From: Bigelowiella natans CCMP2755
Taxonomy: Eukaryota; Protista; Cercozoa
Assembly (NCBI GenBank): GCA_000320545.1
Contig: ADNK01001512.1
Location: 1-64,000 of the forward strand
DNA: 64,000 bases
Direction: 5' to 3'
Below are positions 23,992-37,997 of the stretch, piece by piece. The notes beneath the pieces are model-generated. The model saw only the letters and a list, made by a program, of their open reading frames with translations, had not been told where the DNA came from and searched no databases. Within the stretch, counting starts at the first letter, position 1. Each line of letters starts with the position of its first letter. The position numbers and the translations under genes were made by a program.

Positions 23992-24629
23992 AAGGGAGAT
24001 ATTGACATGTTTTGTCCTGGTTTCTGCTTCTCTGTGGCTATAGTAGCGTCACATCTTGTCTTATTTTGGTCGCACATATTCATTTTACAAATGCTTTTCA
24101 CGCTGCTGCCGAATCAAAAATATGTTATGAGGTGTTTGTACTACTACTCAGGTTAGCCTCCGTTTCATCGTGCAGCAGGCACTTACCAAACCATACATTG
24201 CTGGGGTAATATGACATTGCGATGAGCAGTGATTCTGTTTTTCTGGCTGTTTCTGCTGTTTCTACCGCTTCTGTTGCTGTATCGTGGTCGTAGACATCGT
24301 CATCTCCATCACCACCACCACCATCATCATATCATCATCATCATCATTATCATTCAACTTCTCTCAATTACTAATAAGGTTATCCCAAAGTCGAACAATG
24401 CTGAACACTTGGCCTCGAATCTTGACGTACGTTATCTATAGCTTCGATTAAATGATCATTAAATGATGACCCATCCCACGATGTTGCATGAATATATACT
24501 CAATAACGCTATAACGTTTTGTGAATTATCATCAAGGTATTCTCGTTCGACTTGACGGCGACGGAGATGGAAGCTCTTTACAACACCACAGTCCCTGCAG
24601 GCCAGCCAGGAGATGCCGACGTGCCATAA
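21889..24629 (+). CDS. Aldo/keto reductase with N-terminal signal peptide, multi-exon
   Basis: MAPILFLIVAAVAKA-SIP..LPVVGAGTWQ|..FIDTAWIYG|NERGVGKAI..ELFVMTKI..LDYVDHLMTHFP..ARSIG|ISHY..PSVNQ|VEYH..FSPL..VIPKSNNAEHLASNLD|VFSFDLT..DADVP*. The D/Y/K/H catalytic tetrad is present. Confidence 0.9.
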
Positions 24630-25049
24630 GGATGGTTACAAGGATGGATGATGAAGAACATTTCAAATGCCTTCGGAACCTTACACAGCTCGATTTGCTG
24701 CATAGTAAAGCGTGCCTTACACCGTCTTACCGATATGATAAACCTGTTAGAGTCCTTCATTTGGAAAAATATAAAGTTTTGTCAATTTTTGAATTTCTAG
24801 CTTTTCTCCTCTATATTCGGTTCATCGCCCGGTCTTGTCGCCAATTCTTCCTCCTAGAACATTTGTCATTTGATTGTGCCCAATGCAAGGGGGGACGATG
24901 AAGATGACCGTGATGCTGTTCTATTGTTGTGCATTGCAATTGCTTGCATGCAGCATGATGCACATCAAGCATAATAAATACATGATTTTGAGTGCACGTA
25001 CGCGATGAGGCCATGATTATATGGCCCGCCAAACGTACTTGCTAGCTTA

Positions 25050-25710
25050 CCATTCTTGCAACATCACAAATCTAGAAATGTCACAGAAAGCGGTTGCAAA
25101 GCAAGTGAATGCAGATGCAGTGTTGCATGCATGCTGGCATGTCATTTCTAGCTAGCTAGATTTGTTGACTGCATGTGCGTAGCTAGCATGCATGTGTGCA
25201 CCTGCGCATGGACGATGACGCAAGACGCAAGTTGCCATCTGGGCTCGCCCCAAGCGCCTCCACACATGCTAGCATGCGCTAGCAACAACGTGTGTGGACA
25301 AGTGCTAGAAGTGGAAATTGTGGAATTGCATGAACAAGCATCGCATTTGGCCATTCTAGCATTCATTTCGCTATGAAAGTTGCGGGGGCAGCAATGACAA
25401 GCAGCAAAGCGGGCACACTGCTAGACTGGCACACGCAGCACGGCTACCTGCTTCGTGATGACAAAAAAGTCTTCACATCCGCAGCGCGAGTTCGATTCGG
25501 TGGCCGGGGGGCGCATGCATGGGTTAGCGGTGGAGCTACAACAGTCGATGGGCGGCATGTGAGGCATCTTGGACAAGACGCAGCAATGAACAATGAACAA
25601 TGATGAAAAACTACATCTCCAAAGTGTGACATGACACTTGCTAGCTTGCAAAAGCAACAACGGACACAACCACCACTCTGTCTAGCACTGCCGTGACTCC
25701 CAGTGTCACG
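25050..25710. other. Second TpA-depleted patch (intergenic)
   Basis: Manual count of surviving TpA: 12 in CTAG, 6 in CTAH/DTAG, none in DTAH. Confidence 0.85.
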
Positions 25711-26240
25711 TGTTACTTGACATCCATTTAGTTTTAAAAATATAGTAATTATTACGTAATAACACCCACATTTTTCCCAACAGCCACCTTAGACACCATC
25801 ACTCCACATTGTTCTCTCCTGATAAGTAATTGTATCTGGATAGTCAAATTTGCGATATATAATAAACTTACGAGTAATAGCAAAGACAACAACAACAACA
25901 ACAACAACAACTCGAATGACCTACAAGCTGTAGGAACAGTGAGCATCTCCTTAAGCTCAGCTGGATGGACGCCACCCCTCTCCTCAATGGGTCGCTTCCT
26001 GATTAGCATGGAGCAATAATAATGAGATACTCTGCAGGAAGTGTATAAACTGTATAGAAATAATGGAACACATCGCTCAAAAAGAGACACAATGCTATTC
26101 TCGGAAGAGAAATGTTTTGAACACGCCAGCCTGGGCAAAACTCCCAATTTCTTGCATTGAGTTTTTGTGCCTTTGCAACAGTCGCCATTATCATCATCAC
26201 CTGATCTTGTAAAATACCAAATCGTTTGTTGTATACGCAG

Positions 26241-28236
26241 GAGTGGCTCGTCATCCAATGTTAAGAGGGGGGGCGAGGAAGGAGACAATAAATATGATCA
26301 TCAACTACCATCGCTGGACAATCAAGCCAGCGATCTTGATGCCAAGCCCTCGATACAATCGTCCCAACCCTTGGTCGTAGATATGAATGAAATCAGAGAG
26401 GAAGGAGGAGGGGAGGACAGAAAGTAGCACATTACGTAGTTGTGATTAAATGCCAGAGCCTGAGGGAGATATCATGATGAAGCCCACTGAATCATAACAT
26501 CATCGATCAGCTAAGTAATCAAGCCATCTCAAGCCCACGGATCGATAAGCATCCCTTCGACTGCGGTAGTAGTATGCAGCGTGTTAACAACTATGCTTTC
26601 TATTAAATACACTTCAAAGCGTTTGGCTGGAAGTCAATTAAAATAATATTGCTTGCTACAATTGAGTTGCTTTGATTTGCCTACTTCTAAGCAGAGATGG
26701 GTGAGAAACTGGGGGGCGGGGTACATGGCAGCAAACCTACGTTGCTGTTGCAAGGAGCGGCGCTCATTAACGCTGGGCTAATGGGCCTGCAAGTTGATCT
26801 CAAGGCGCTTAGACCAAAGGCAGCTCAAATATATTCCTCAACAACATCGGTGATGATAGAAGCAGAAGAGGAAGAAGTAGAAGAGTATCCCCTCCGATCG
26901 TACACCATAGTAGACATGGACGTAGGTGCGAATAATCTGCGTTTTGAGTTGATTTGATGCTTGTAGTGTCAAACGTATTACTGGGTTTGCTTAGACGATT
27001 ATTTGTTCATTCTTCATAACTTGGCGACAACAGATTCGAACAGGGCTTCTACTAGTGTTGATGTCGGTAAACATCTATGAGGAGGTACAATTCAGATGAT
27101 GATGGTGATGATAATGATGATGATGTTGATGCGATGATTCTACAGTTCTTTTTTGTAAAAATGGGTGATTTTGGCCAAACATCACCATTAGCCTTCTTGG
27201 TGTGGTTTCAATGGGATCCGATCAAGATGTGGCGTTGAGGGCAGGAATTACTGGTTCTTTGGCCTACAGGTCGTTATTCGTTCGTTATCATGTAACAAAA
27301 GATAATTACTAGAAACAACCACAACAACAACATCAAGCAGCGAGTGGCAAACATTCACAATGAAAGCACCGATGGTCCTTGCTGCAGACTAACATATAAT
27401 GCATTCCCTGTTGTGTGTACCTTAGAATTTGCTTCGAACTTGTTTTTGAGCAAAAATATCAGATCGCTATATGTATATGTATGTGTATATGTATATAAAT
27501 ACATGACATACACAGAAGTCAGTCGTCATCATATCTTCTTCTAATCTGTGAAGTAGCACCCCATTTCCCCCCACCACCCTCCTTCATCAATTGCATATTG
27601 CTACGAAATTTAGGCCGAGCAGGGATACAACACTCTCGCAATGACAGTGGACACCGTCTGCATCGTTTCATTAATCGCAATAGCTTTTTTCAGGTCGATG
27701 ATGCTGCAAAATCTAGTAGTAGTAGTATATGAGTAGTTACGTCTTTCGTGTTGCATGCTATTAATATGTTTTTATTACTCCTAATACTACCTACTATTAC
27801 TACTACTATTATGCTACATGTACTGCAAGCTTGCATGTTAAGAGAGGTGGCGGTGGTGGCCGAGGCGTATCGATTGTACTTCTTATTGTGCGCATGGAAA
27901 AGATGTGGTACTGCCGCTTATGTTTCTTTTATTTTCTCATTCGTTGGCGTTGATGATAGCGTATTGTAATAATCGTTGTTATTGTCATCTCAGTCAATTG
28001 CAGTAGTTAATAATAATAATAATAATTATCATCATCATTATCATTAATATCTCTCCCACCATCCTCTTCACCTCGCTAGGCTACGAGCGTACGGGGTTCA
28101 TCTATTCGTATGGTCGCGTGGTGTGTACTCGTTCCTGCTAGTAACTTGCTTCATCACCAGCCTAATCAAGACGATATATGGCTTCTGTGCCCTACCCACG
28201 GCCATACTAAGGCCTTTTGTGCTTATTTTTGGTACA

Positions 28237-28271
<35 letters not shown>

Positions 28272-29020
28272 CACAGCTATACAGCTGTTAATGCAACAGC
28301 TACTACTATTATCATCAATATTCATACTAAAATCACTTCTCTTCTAGTCATCTACTTCTCTTCTAAGAGTCTAGATGTGAGATATTTTATGGTAGCACTG
28401 TTTTCTTCGTTTCTTCTTTGCTGTAAGTAGTTATTGTCTTGTTCCCGGTGCTACCTTACAGGATTTGATCGTCTTCGCAGCCTGACTTTCAGCGCCATAT
28501 CGGTCATTCCACGAGTAGCGGTAACCATCTTCTCCTTGCCCAAATCTACCAATTTCTGTCCCATCCGCCATCCATCTATCCCCCCATTTCTCAAGAATAC
28601 TATCATCTCCTCGCTATCATCGGAACAACTATACTATTTGTTATTAGGATATCGTCCTCTTCTTATTCCTCTTCGTCTGCTTTTTCAGTGTGTTTGGAGG
28701 TCGCTCATCCAAACCAAACACACACACACACACACACACTCTTACACACATGTTTCATATGTGCTTATATTCTATTTGTGTGTGTGTGTGTGTGCACTTC
28801 CTCCTTCTCCTTATTCTTATATGTTGTTCATATGCTTTAGTGTTCATATTCCGCGACAATGTCTTGATTAGCAGTGCCGAGGAAAGCCATCAGTAAGAAG
28901 AAGAAGAAGAAGAAAATGATGATGATGTTAATGACGATGATGATCAGAGCCATGCTGGAACGGAAAACAATAACAATAGTAATGACGAAATTATTATCAT
29001 TGCGCAATCTTGGAATTGGA

Positions 29021-29058
<38 letters not shown>

Positions 29059-29345
29059 AGATACTTCAACACGTTCGAGGGCAGCTTCATCAGCCTCTTC
29101 ATCTTGTTTACCTCGGCGAATAACCCGGACGTCATGCTACCGGCATATCGAGATAAGGTGCTTGCTGCTGCTGCTGCTGCTCACACCTGTTGATGATAAG
29201 AGGGAAGATTAATGATCATAATAATAATGATCATAATAAGAATAATAATAATAATAATAATAATAATAGGGGATGTGGCGAATTTCCACTTATCATATAT
29301 GCGGAGCAAACACACACACAAACACAAAATTATCACAATTATATA

Positions 29346-29392
<47 letters not shown>

Positions 29393-30638
29393 ATATATTG
29401 ATATATTGATATATATGATCCATATTATTCTTAGCGGGCATTCGTGATATTCTTCTCGGTGTTCATCGTGGTCTCGATCTTCTTCATCAGTAACCTTATC
29501 CTCGCCAACGTCTTTGACGCGTAAGCTGCGTCCACGATCTAATCATCAATCTGCAGAACAAAGAGAGGAGGAAGAAGAAGAAGAAGGACATTCTTACCAT
29601 CATTATCATCAATGCCTCTCCACAAACATTCATAAGAAATGAAAATGCTACGACTACTAGGTACCGCCAAGTCATTTCAATCCAGGCAAGAGATTTTCAA
29701 CGTAATCGCTTACGAGCCTTCCGCAGTGCTTTCAAGCTGCTGCTACGTCATCGGGAACATGAGGAGGAGGAGGAGGAGAAGAAGGAGAAGAAGAAGAAGA
29801 AGAAGAAGAAGAAGAGAGAAATACCTCGTGCTCTCATGCATAAAGTCCTTGCAGGTGTTGTTTCAGTTGGCCACAACACAAATATAATCTTGTTTATCTT
29901 ATCTTTGCGGCTCATCATGCAGAAACAGCCCCTCCCCCCCCCCTCTCTCTCTCTTTCTCTCCCTTAATTTGTGAATATGTTTGCATGTATATGCTGATCA
30001 GCGCCTCCCTCCCTCCCTGCCTCCCATATTGTCCTCCTACCTCCTCTTTTCTTGTCTTACAGAGCTACGCAAGTTTAAAACAGTAAGATTTCCTAAGGTG
30101 CCTCAGATCTCGGTATGTGATCTTATGTTGTCAGTATATACGATGTGTTGTATGCAAGTGTACGTATTCTGCTGCTACAAATATGGACAACAAGTAGCTA
30201 TCAAACGCACATTTTCGCATCACTGCTGCTGCTACTAATACTACTACAATAACCATAATAACGATTGTAGGGAATGGATGAAAAAGCAGTGATAGAGCTA
30301 ATAATAACGGCGATGGATCAGCGTGAAGCATCATTGATTTCGTGGCAAGAGTTCATGACACTTCCGTTTATCCTCTCTTTATCCTTCCGTCCTGCAAAAG
30401 AGGGACCGCATCATCATAATACTCCTCTTCTTGGCAAGGAACGAATAGCAGCAGAACGTATGAAAAAGGAGTCCGACGACGAAAACACAGCAGCGGAGAT
30501 TAAGGGGAGGCAGCAGCAGCAGCAGCAGACCACGATGAATATGATCAACAGGAGATTTGTCAAGAGAACCAAGAGAAAATACTCTGTAAGTCCTTCTTCC
30601 TCCTCCTCCTCCTCCTCCCTGTTTCTTATCTGATAGTA

Positions 30639-30676
<38 letters not shown>

Positions 30677-31129
30677 AGTGCTGGTGATTCTTCTTATTAT
30701 GTGTGGCCATATATCAATGTGTATAGTGGTCCCCTTCTATACAGCAGCAGCAGCAGCAACAACGATGATTACACTGTATGATGTATGTGCATCTTTTTGC
30801 TGCCTCTCTCTCCTTAGTGGGTATTCCTCCTCCTTTCCCTTCCTTTTGTTTCTTTTGTTGTTGTTGTTGTTGTTGTTGTTGTTGCTCATATACCTATTAT
30901 TCTTCAGACTCCGGGGCATGAACTTGAAGAGAGCTTGCATTACACCAAACAACAATCCAATGCCCACGACCAGAAGGAAAACAATACGACAAACTTCGTA
31001 ACAGAAGGAGGAGGTGGAGGAGGAGGAGCAATAGCATCTTCCTCTTATTCATTTTCTTCTTCTTCTCCTTCAAACTTGGTTTCTCAACGCGAAAAGGTGG
31101 TTGTACTACCACTGCTGATACTACTACTA

Positions 31130-31161
<32 letters not shown>

Positions 31162-31396
31162 CTAAATGAGAAAGAGTAGATGTCTGATCTATGATGATGA
31201 TGATGACAACGATGATGATGATCCCAGATCTTCCGGTGCCTGAGACCGATGTTCCTGGGATGGAAGTACGAGCTGGCGATGTGTGCATTTGTCGTGTTGG
31301 AGTTCTTGCTTATCGTTGCAGAACTTGAGCGCGCTGGCCAACCAAGAGAGCAGTACCTCGCTCTTGAGGTGCTGCTTCTATGATTCTAGGGCATGT

Positions 31397-31439
<43 letters not shown>

Positions 31440-32574
31440 TGAGAGAGGGAGAGAGAAATGCGGCATTTCCACAAACACAAAGATGCAGAAGAAGAAGAAG
31501 AAGAAGAAGAAGAAGAAGAAGAACGTGTATGTTCAGATGATGTTGCATCAGAATTTGCCGAGGCAAGTAGGAATTTGTCGCATGTTGTTTCCTAACTTTA
31601 CATGTTTGATCGTTCCTCCTCCTCATACAACCTCCCACTCTTTTATTCGTCTCTCTTCCTGTGTTCTCCTCCTCCTCCTCCTCCTCCCCACTTTTTCATC
31701 ATCATCAGATGACATTCTCAGCTCTGTTTCTAGTCGAAGCATATACAATCATGATGGTACTAGGCCCAAGAAGATACTGGCACAGTTGGAGGTAGTAGTA
31801 GGGGTAATAAGTATATTTTCCTTTTCTTCGGCTTGTTCTTCTACCCTAAATTGTTCGGATGATGATGATGATGTTGATATCCATTCACCCAGAAAACAAC
31901 AACAACCACGCATCATCCTGATGTTACCACAACAACAACTACTACTACTACTACTACTACTACTTCTCCTACCACCCCTACTTATTCTACTATATTATTA
32001 TGAGTTGCCATATGACTGGACGTTATTAATCAGCGTTATTATGATTACTCTCCTCCTCCTCCTCCTCCTCCTCCTCCTCCTCCTCCTCCTTCCTCGTACT
32101 TTCACACTACTCGTTTTCTTGATAATCCAAAGACGTCGCTGGCAAGTGGTGACATCAACGATGAGTATGGCTGTAGAGATCTATGTTGTACTGCCAAACA
32201 ACTACAACGATGGTGTGTTTCATATCATCCATTGTAGTAGCCAAGTAGCAGTAGTTGTTGTATAGTTGTTGCTGATGTTGTATATCTCCAGAAGAAAGTA
32301 AGTAAGGTAGTAGTAGTAGTAGTAGTAGTAGCAAATGCTGATGATGGCATCAATCATCATCATCTGTCAGGCACATTCTTCGATATGTCGTTCTGGCTCC
32401 AGTCTGCCGGTATTGTGGATTCTCTACGAAATACCTAGATTTCATAGGGTACCACCATCATCATCATCACCACCATCATCATCGCCACTACTACTACAAC
32501 TACAACAAAGCATGCTTATTGCTTGAATAAGAAAAGAGAAGAAAAGCATCTTGTTCATCATTATTATCAATATC

Positions 32575-32640
<66 letters not shown>

Positions 32641-34672
32641 TTCATCTCTCTCTGTGGATAATTCTAGGTATTTCGTACGATGTGGCGGCTTTTAGAGCCG
32701 TTCCTGGCCATACTAGGCCTTCTAGCAGTCGTCATGGCCGTCTTTGCCTCTATCGGTGTGCATGCATTTGGAGGTCTCATTTGGGAGGGAAATCCCAACA
32801 TTGTCAATGGGGCACCACAGTATGTTGGATATAATAATACTCACGATGACATGCATAGCTGATCAAATTATCTCTCACATTTTTTTTTTAGACTTGTTTT
32901 AGTTTGACCACATACACGCACGATTGCACGCACTCAGCTCTCCATGAACATGCATTGAAAGGTATGCGGAGGGTGAGTATTGGCCGCTGAATTTCAACGA
33001 CTTCTCCGGTAGTAGTAGTAGTAGTAGTAGCAGCAGCAGCAGTAGTAGTAGTAGTAGTAGTAGTAGTAGGAGGAGTGCATATAGCACACTGCCTGCTTGC
33101 AACTGGCTGGGAACAGCAGCTCACGATTTTGATTTGTCTTGTCGTTTTCCTCCTCTCTTTCCTCCTCCTTTGGTTCTCCTTGAATGATGTTGTCGTTGCT
33201 GCTTCATGTCCAGGCGCATTTGTCGTGGTATTCCAGTTGTTGGTCGTCAATAATTGGCAGATTCTCATGGATGGCACTGTAGAGGTAGCTGCTGCTTGTG
33301 ATAGGCTGTTGGTAGCGTGATCTATGTTTCTACATTAACACCTACTACCACTTCGTCCTACTCATTATCATATGTTGTTTTCCCCTCTTTTATTGTTGCC
33401 GTTATTGATACTCACTCACTCACTCACTCACTCACTCACTCAGGCCGCTCGTAGCAGATTTCCCCAGCTCTACTTCATCAGCTTCTACCTTGTAGCTGTG
33501 GTTATTGTGCTCAACATCGTCGTTGCTGTCATGCTTTCCATTACACGGAAGATGGAGAAAGGCATCGAGGCCCGCCGCTCTAAGCGCAAACCTGTCTGCG
33601 TGTTTACGGTATGAGAGTGGAGGGGGGGGTGGAGAGGAATGTCAATGGTTATAGCACGTTTCTTCCTCAACGATGCAGTTTTTGAATAGGCTTTATTCAT
33701 TTCTATGATGACCCTGGTGCTGCTACCACTACTACTACTACTACTACCATCGATATTTCCTTGCGGTAGCAGCAAAATGAGGGCGTTAACTTGCTGAAAA
33801 CTTCACGATCAAATCGATCTATCATTCATGCACGTTTTCAAAGTAATCTGCCCCCCTCGCTGCTATGTATACAGATGCAACAAAAGTCCAGTCGACCTAC
33901 TACAGACGGCAAAGGAGAGGACTGGGGGGAGGGGGAAACAGGAGAAGGAGCACTGTTGCCTCGACGAGGGGATGGTGTCTTCGATGTGAAGATGGTGAGT
34001 ACGATTAACCAGGATTCAGATAGTTACTACCACGAGGAGGGACCAGGAGGAGGAGGAGGAGGAGGCAGCAGCCTTACCGCTAGTTCTCACATTTCTACCC
34101 GGAAACAAAGAGCTCGGTCGTGGCGAGCGCGGATGGATGAGAAGCATGAGTTCTCAGTCTACCTATTCGATAAACAACAGGGGAGGAGATCAAGCCTGTT
34201 GGTTAGTAGCAATAAGGGAGGGGGGGGGGGAGGAGGAGGAGTCGAAGGAGGTGCTGCTGAGAAGATGGATGCAAGAAGAAGAAGAAGAAGGAAACCAGTG
34301 GAAGGACCAGTACTAGCAGAAATGAGTCGTGGTCATGAGGAGAAGAACCAAACCTACGAAAGGATAAGAAATAGGAGGGGTACGAGGAAGAACAAGCAAA
34401 GCGAGAAGGACAAGTCTCTCACCAAAAATATAGAAGGCAGGTATCATGATAGTAGCAGCAGTAACTTTCGAGAAGATTCGCGTCCTATCCCCCCTGGCAG
34501 TACTAGAAAAGTGCTGGAAGCCACGAGGAACAGGACGAGGATAAAGAAGAGAGCAGACGTTGTTGATGATCGAGATTGGGATGATGATGATGATGAAGAA
34601 GAAGAAGAAGAAAATAAGAACACCGCAGTCAAGGCTGCGGATACAACGGGTATGTTGGCAACGATGAGATGA
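26241..34672 (+). CDS. TPC: Two-pore channel (TPC); 5' end unresolved, apparent 1-nt frameshift near 32409
   Basis: Pore I FEGSFISLFILFTSANNPDVMLPAYRD; IS6 FFSVFIVVSIFFISNLILANVFDAY; EF-hand-like linker ISWQEF; pore II NFNDFSGAFVVVFQLLVVNNWQILMDG; IIS6 YFISFYLVAVVIVLNIVVAVML. A long disordered final exon ends at TGA 34672. Confidence 0.88.
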
Positions 34673-34741
34673 ATCGTTCGTTCATTAAGACAAATAGCTT
34701 ACTAGTAATGTCTCTTTCGGCGCGAATTGTGAGGAGAACGA

Positions 34742-34795
<54 letters not shown>

Positions 34796-34801
34796 TGTGT
34801 T

Positions 34802-34842
<41 letters not shown>

Positions 34843-35237
34843 TCTTTGTGTCCTAGTTTCGCTGGGATTTTGCTAGTTTTAGTCGAGTGAATTCACTCGC
34901 GTTTAAATACTAATAGAGCTCATTATGTTACTTACGAAAGCAGGAGTAGCAGGTCATGATGCTGCGAGAAGCTCACCATCGCTGTATCGTGTCGAAGCGT
35001 TTACTAGGAAACGAGACAACAGGTAGGATAAAGCGTACATTAAGACGAGGATCTGCATGCTTGAAACAGCATTCTTCGATTGATTGAAATCATACTGAGA
35101 ATGCCTGAAATCTCCCATCATGTGTGGTGTGTGATCTTGCTACTTGCTACAGCCTTACAAGCGTTTATAACGTATTTGGCGTGATTCCGGATCTATCAAA
35201 GGTAATGCTATCTTCTTGTCAGTTTAAACTCGGGTAT

Positions 35238-35273
<36 letters not shown>

Positions 35274-36582
35274 ACAGCAAAATTTTTCGTCAAAACAGGA
35301 AAAACTTGGTGAATCTGACGAGCAGAGGCTGCACTCCATCGATGATGATGAAGATGATGATGATGATGATGAACGGTAGAATGAGTCAATTTGAAATGCA
35401 ACACAACATGCTAGCATGTTCCATACGAGGCAGCCGATGAGCACATAATTAGGGGCACTTTGAGGTGCAACCAGCAGCGATCGATAATGCGAACGCGCTG
35501 TGAGTCCATATGAATAGTCGATCAATGCGAAGAGCGATGCATGCACGCAAAACATGCTGCGATGCTACATAGCTAATACTAGCGCCATAAGTTACGTACA
35601 TACATCGATGCATGTGTATCACATTTCTCGCGCACCAAGTTAGCCTGCTGCACAACACCGCCAACCCAATGCGCCCCGTCGGTTATCTAGTTATGCCAAA
35701 CTACACACACATGACTAATCTAGCTGATACATGCACATGGAATATGTTATTAGGATAGTATGTATCGCTATCGTTTAAACAGCAATGCTAGAATGATATT
35801 ACTTTCCTTACTTTCCTATGATCTTTTCCTATTTTTTTCATTATTATATGTAGACTTTGGCACTCATGCTCTTGTATCATTATTTTCTACGTCTCGGCGG
35901 GACGGTCGTTATCGTACTGTGTCACATTTATCATTGTCTCTGCATCGCTCATGCACCATTCTTCAATCTCATGCCAATGAAACGTCTATCTATCAGCATT
36001 GACACATCCAATTTTTGAAGATTCGCGAGAAATTATGTGTCGTGGGGGGTTACTAACTACTTTTGGAGATGGCCGAACGAGGTGTTTCTTGCCCGACACT
36101 TCCTACACGCCGCAGGTCGCTGTTGATGCTAAAACCGAAAATAAAAAAGGATGGTACTGTTGGTTTTTTTGTATTTTGTCCTTTAGCAAGTAGAATGAGA
36201 TGATATACCCTAATTAGCGTTGATCGATGTCGGAAGCTTGTGTTGCATCTAGTTTAGATAATTCACAAAGATAAATAATTTTCATAGATCATAGCACTAT
36301 TTGTTTTGATTCAGATAGTTCTACGACGGAGACAAATCTAGGTATTTCCAGTATCATTGGAATGCAAGAGATGAGTCTAATTTTAATGTGCTTGCAACTA
36401 GCCTTTGTTTAAAATGTGTAAATCAAGAAGGAGAGTCTAGATCACAAGTAGAATCATATTTAGGATATATTGGGTGAATTGCAATAATCCTAGAATACAT
36501 TTATCATCTACACATACCATGGCGTCCACCTCATCATTTTGTAGGTGAATTCAAAGTTACATGCATCAAACAAGCGAGCGAC

Positions 36583-37143
36583 CTGGTGCAGGTGAAATTC
36601 TTGTGGTTAAAATGCCGGTCAAGATGTTCCTATCATAACAAAAGCGAGCACGCCTCCATAAATTTACACAAGATACTGATGTTTAACTCTTGTAATGTTC
36701 TGAGTATTCTTAACACTAATATTGAATTGTTGAAGAAACTTCAAAGCAAAGATTCATCATGCCTTAAGCGATCGTGTTTGGCTGAAACTCTTTCCGCACA
36801 GCAGGCATTGAAGCACTTTGTCATGAATGACTCTGACATGTACTTGATAGCAACGGAATTTCCTGAATTTTTCACCACATTGAGTGCAGTTGTACTTCGG
36901 TACATGCGTTAGCCCCTAAGTTAGTCGTTGCATTAATTGTTACTACGAGCTCCAACTCTTAGTACTTGTCAAACAGAATAATAAGGGTTGTCGTTGCACA
37001 ATTACATGCGCCTGTAGATGATGGTAGTGAGAGAAGTTCCGCCCACATGTCAAACATGGATAAATCTTTGAGCGCTTTGCAATAGGTAGTCCCCCATATG
37101 TTTTTTCTATACACGCCTTCTCATGCGAGTCCTTCACGCGAAC
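36583..37143 (-). CDS. Tandem C2H2 zinc-finger protein (core exons; both ends unresolved)
   Basis: YPCLTCGRNFSHYHHLQAH|GLTHVPKYNCTQCGEKFRKFRCYQVHVRVIHDKVLQCLLCGKSFSQTRSLK|EHLDRHFNHKNFTC gives three complete C2H2 fingers. Confidence 0.8.
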
Positions 37144-37997
37144 CTAATTAGATCGAATACTTATACCAGAAAAAACTCAGGGTTATTTACCCCATGATCG
37201 TAACTTCGTACCATATTTTCGAGTGCCAGCACAACACGTTTCTCAGGACAGGTAGACTGGCCTGAATCATATTATCCATTCCAAGCGACCGGGGTTACAA
37301 AATTGCAACTACTACTTCCTCTTTACTGCTACTACTTCCGAATTAATGCAATTAGTTCTGTGCTGATGATTGATACCCTTTCTTTCAGCGCAGGGCACAA
37401 TGCAGGAAAGACAATGCAGCGGAATTATATTCAATTACCCGTAACTGGCGAGGAAGAGACTACATAGTGGTATGCCCACACCCCGAGGATCGAAGCGAGC
37501 ATTCGCCTCGCCCTTCCTCGCCGTCATTAACGCCGGGAGCGGCGCACAGGGGCAAGAGGATGCATTCTCGATCCTGCGACAACCTTCAGCCTTGTCGCAG
37601 ACAAAAATTGACAAAAGGTGTGTCGCTGGAAAAAGGACGACAGGAAAGCCAAGAGTCTTAGTGCGACACCCTCGAAAGGTAGAAATTCACTGTAACTTAA
37701 GCCTGAGTCAATACAGTCGTTTTGTCGTAGATTGGTTTTCGAGGGGATTTTAGGCTTTTATTCTGAACAGGGGGTATGCTTTATGACCGAGAAAGCGCAC
37801 ACACGAAAGATTCTCATCCTCCTCCAAGAAAGAAGTGATAGCCAACCAACTCTAGAGCTAGGGCAAGGAACATACCTATCATTTGAAGAAGAAGAAAGAA
37901 AGCTGACCATCGCAAACCAACCATTATTACCTGGAGGTTCTTCTACGTTGACCCTATTTTTCATAGGGGCTCCTTGCCACACTCCGAAACAGCAGCC

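Noticed and set aside
31393-32265. 290-aa ORF, and similar ORFs with poly-HT/YI/CV/RE/L tracts throughout the window
   Set aside because: These are translations of intronic microsatellites inside spliced genes.
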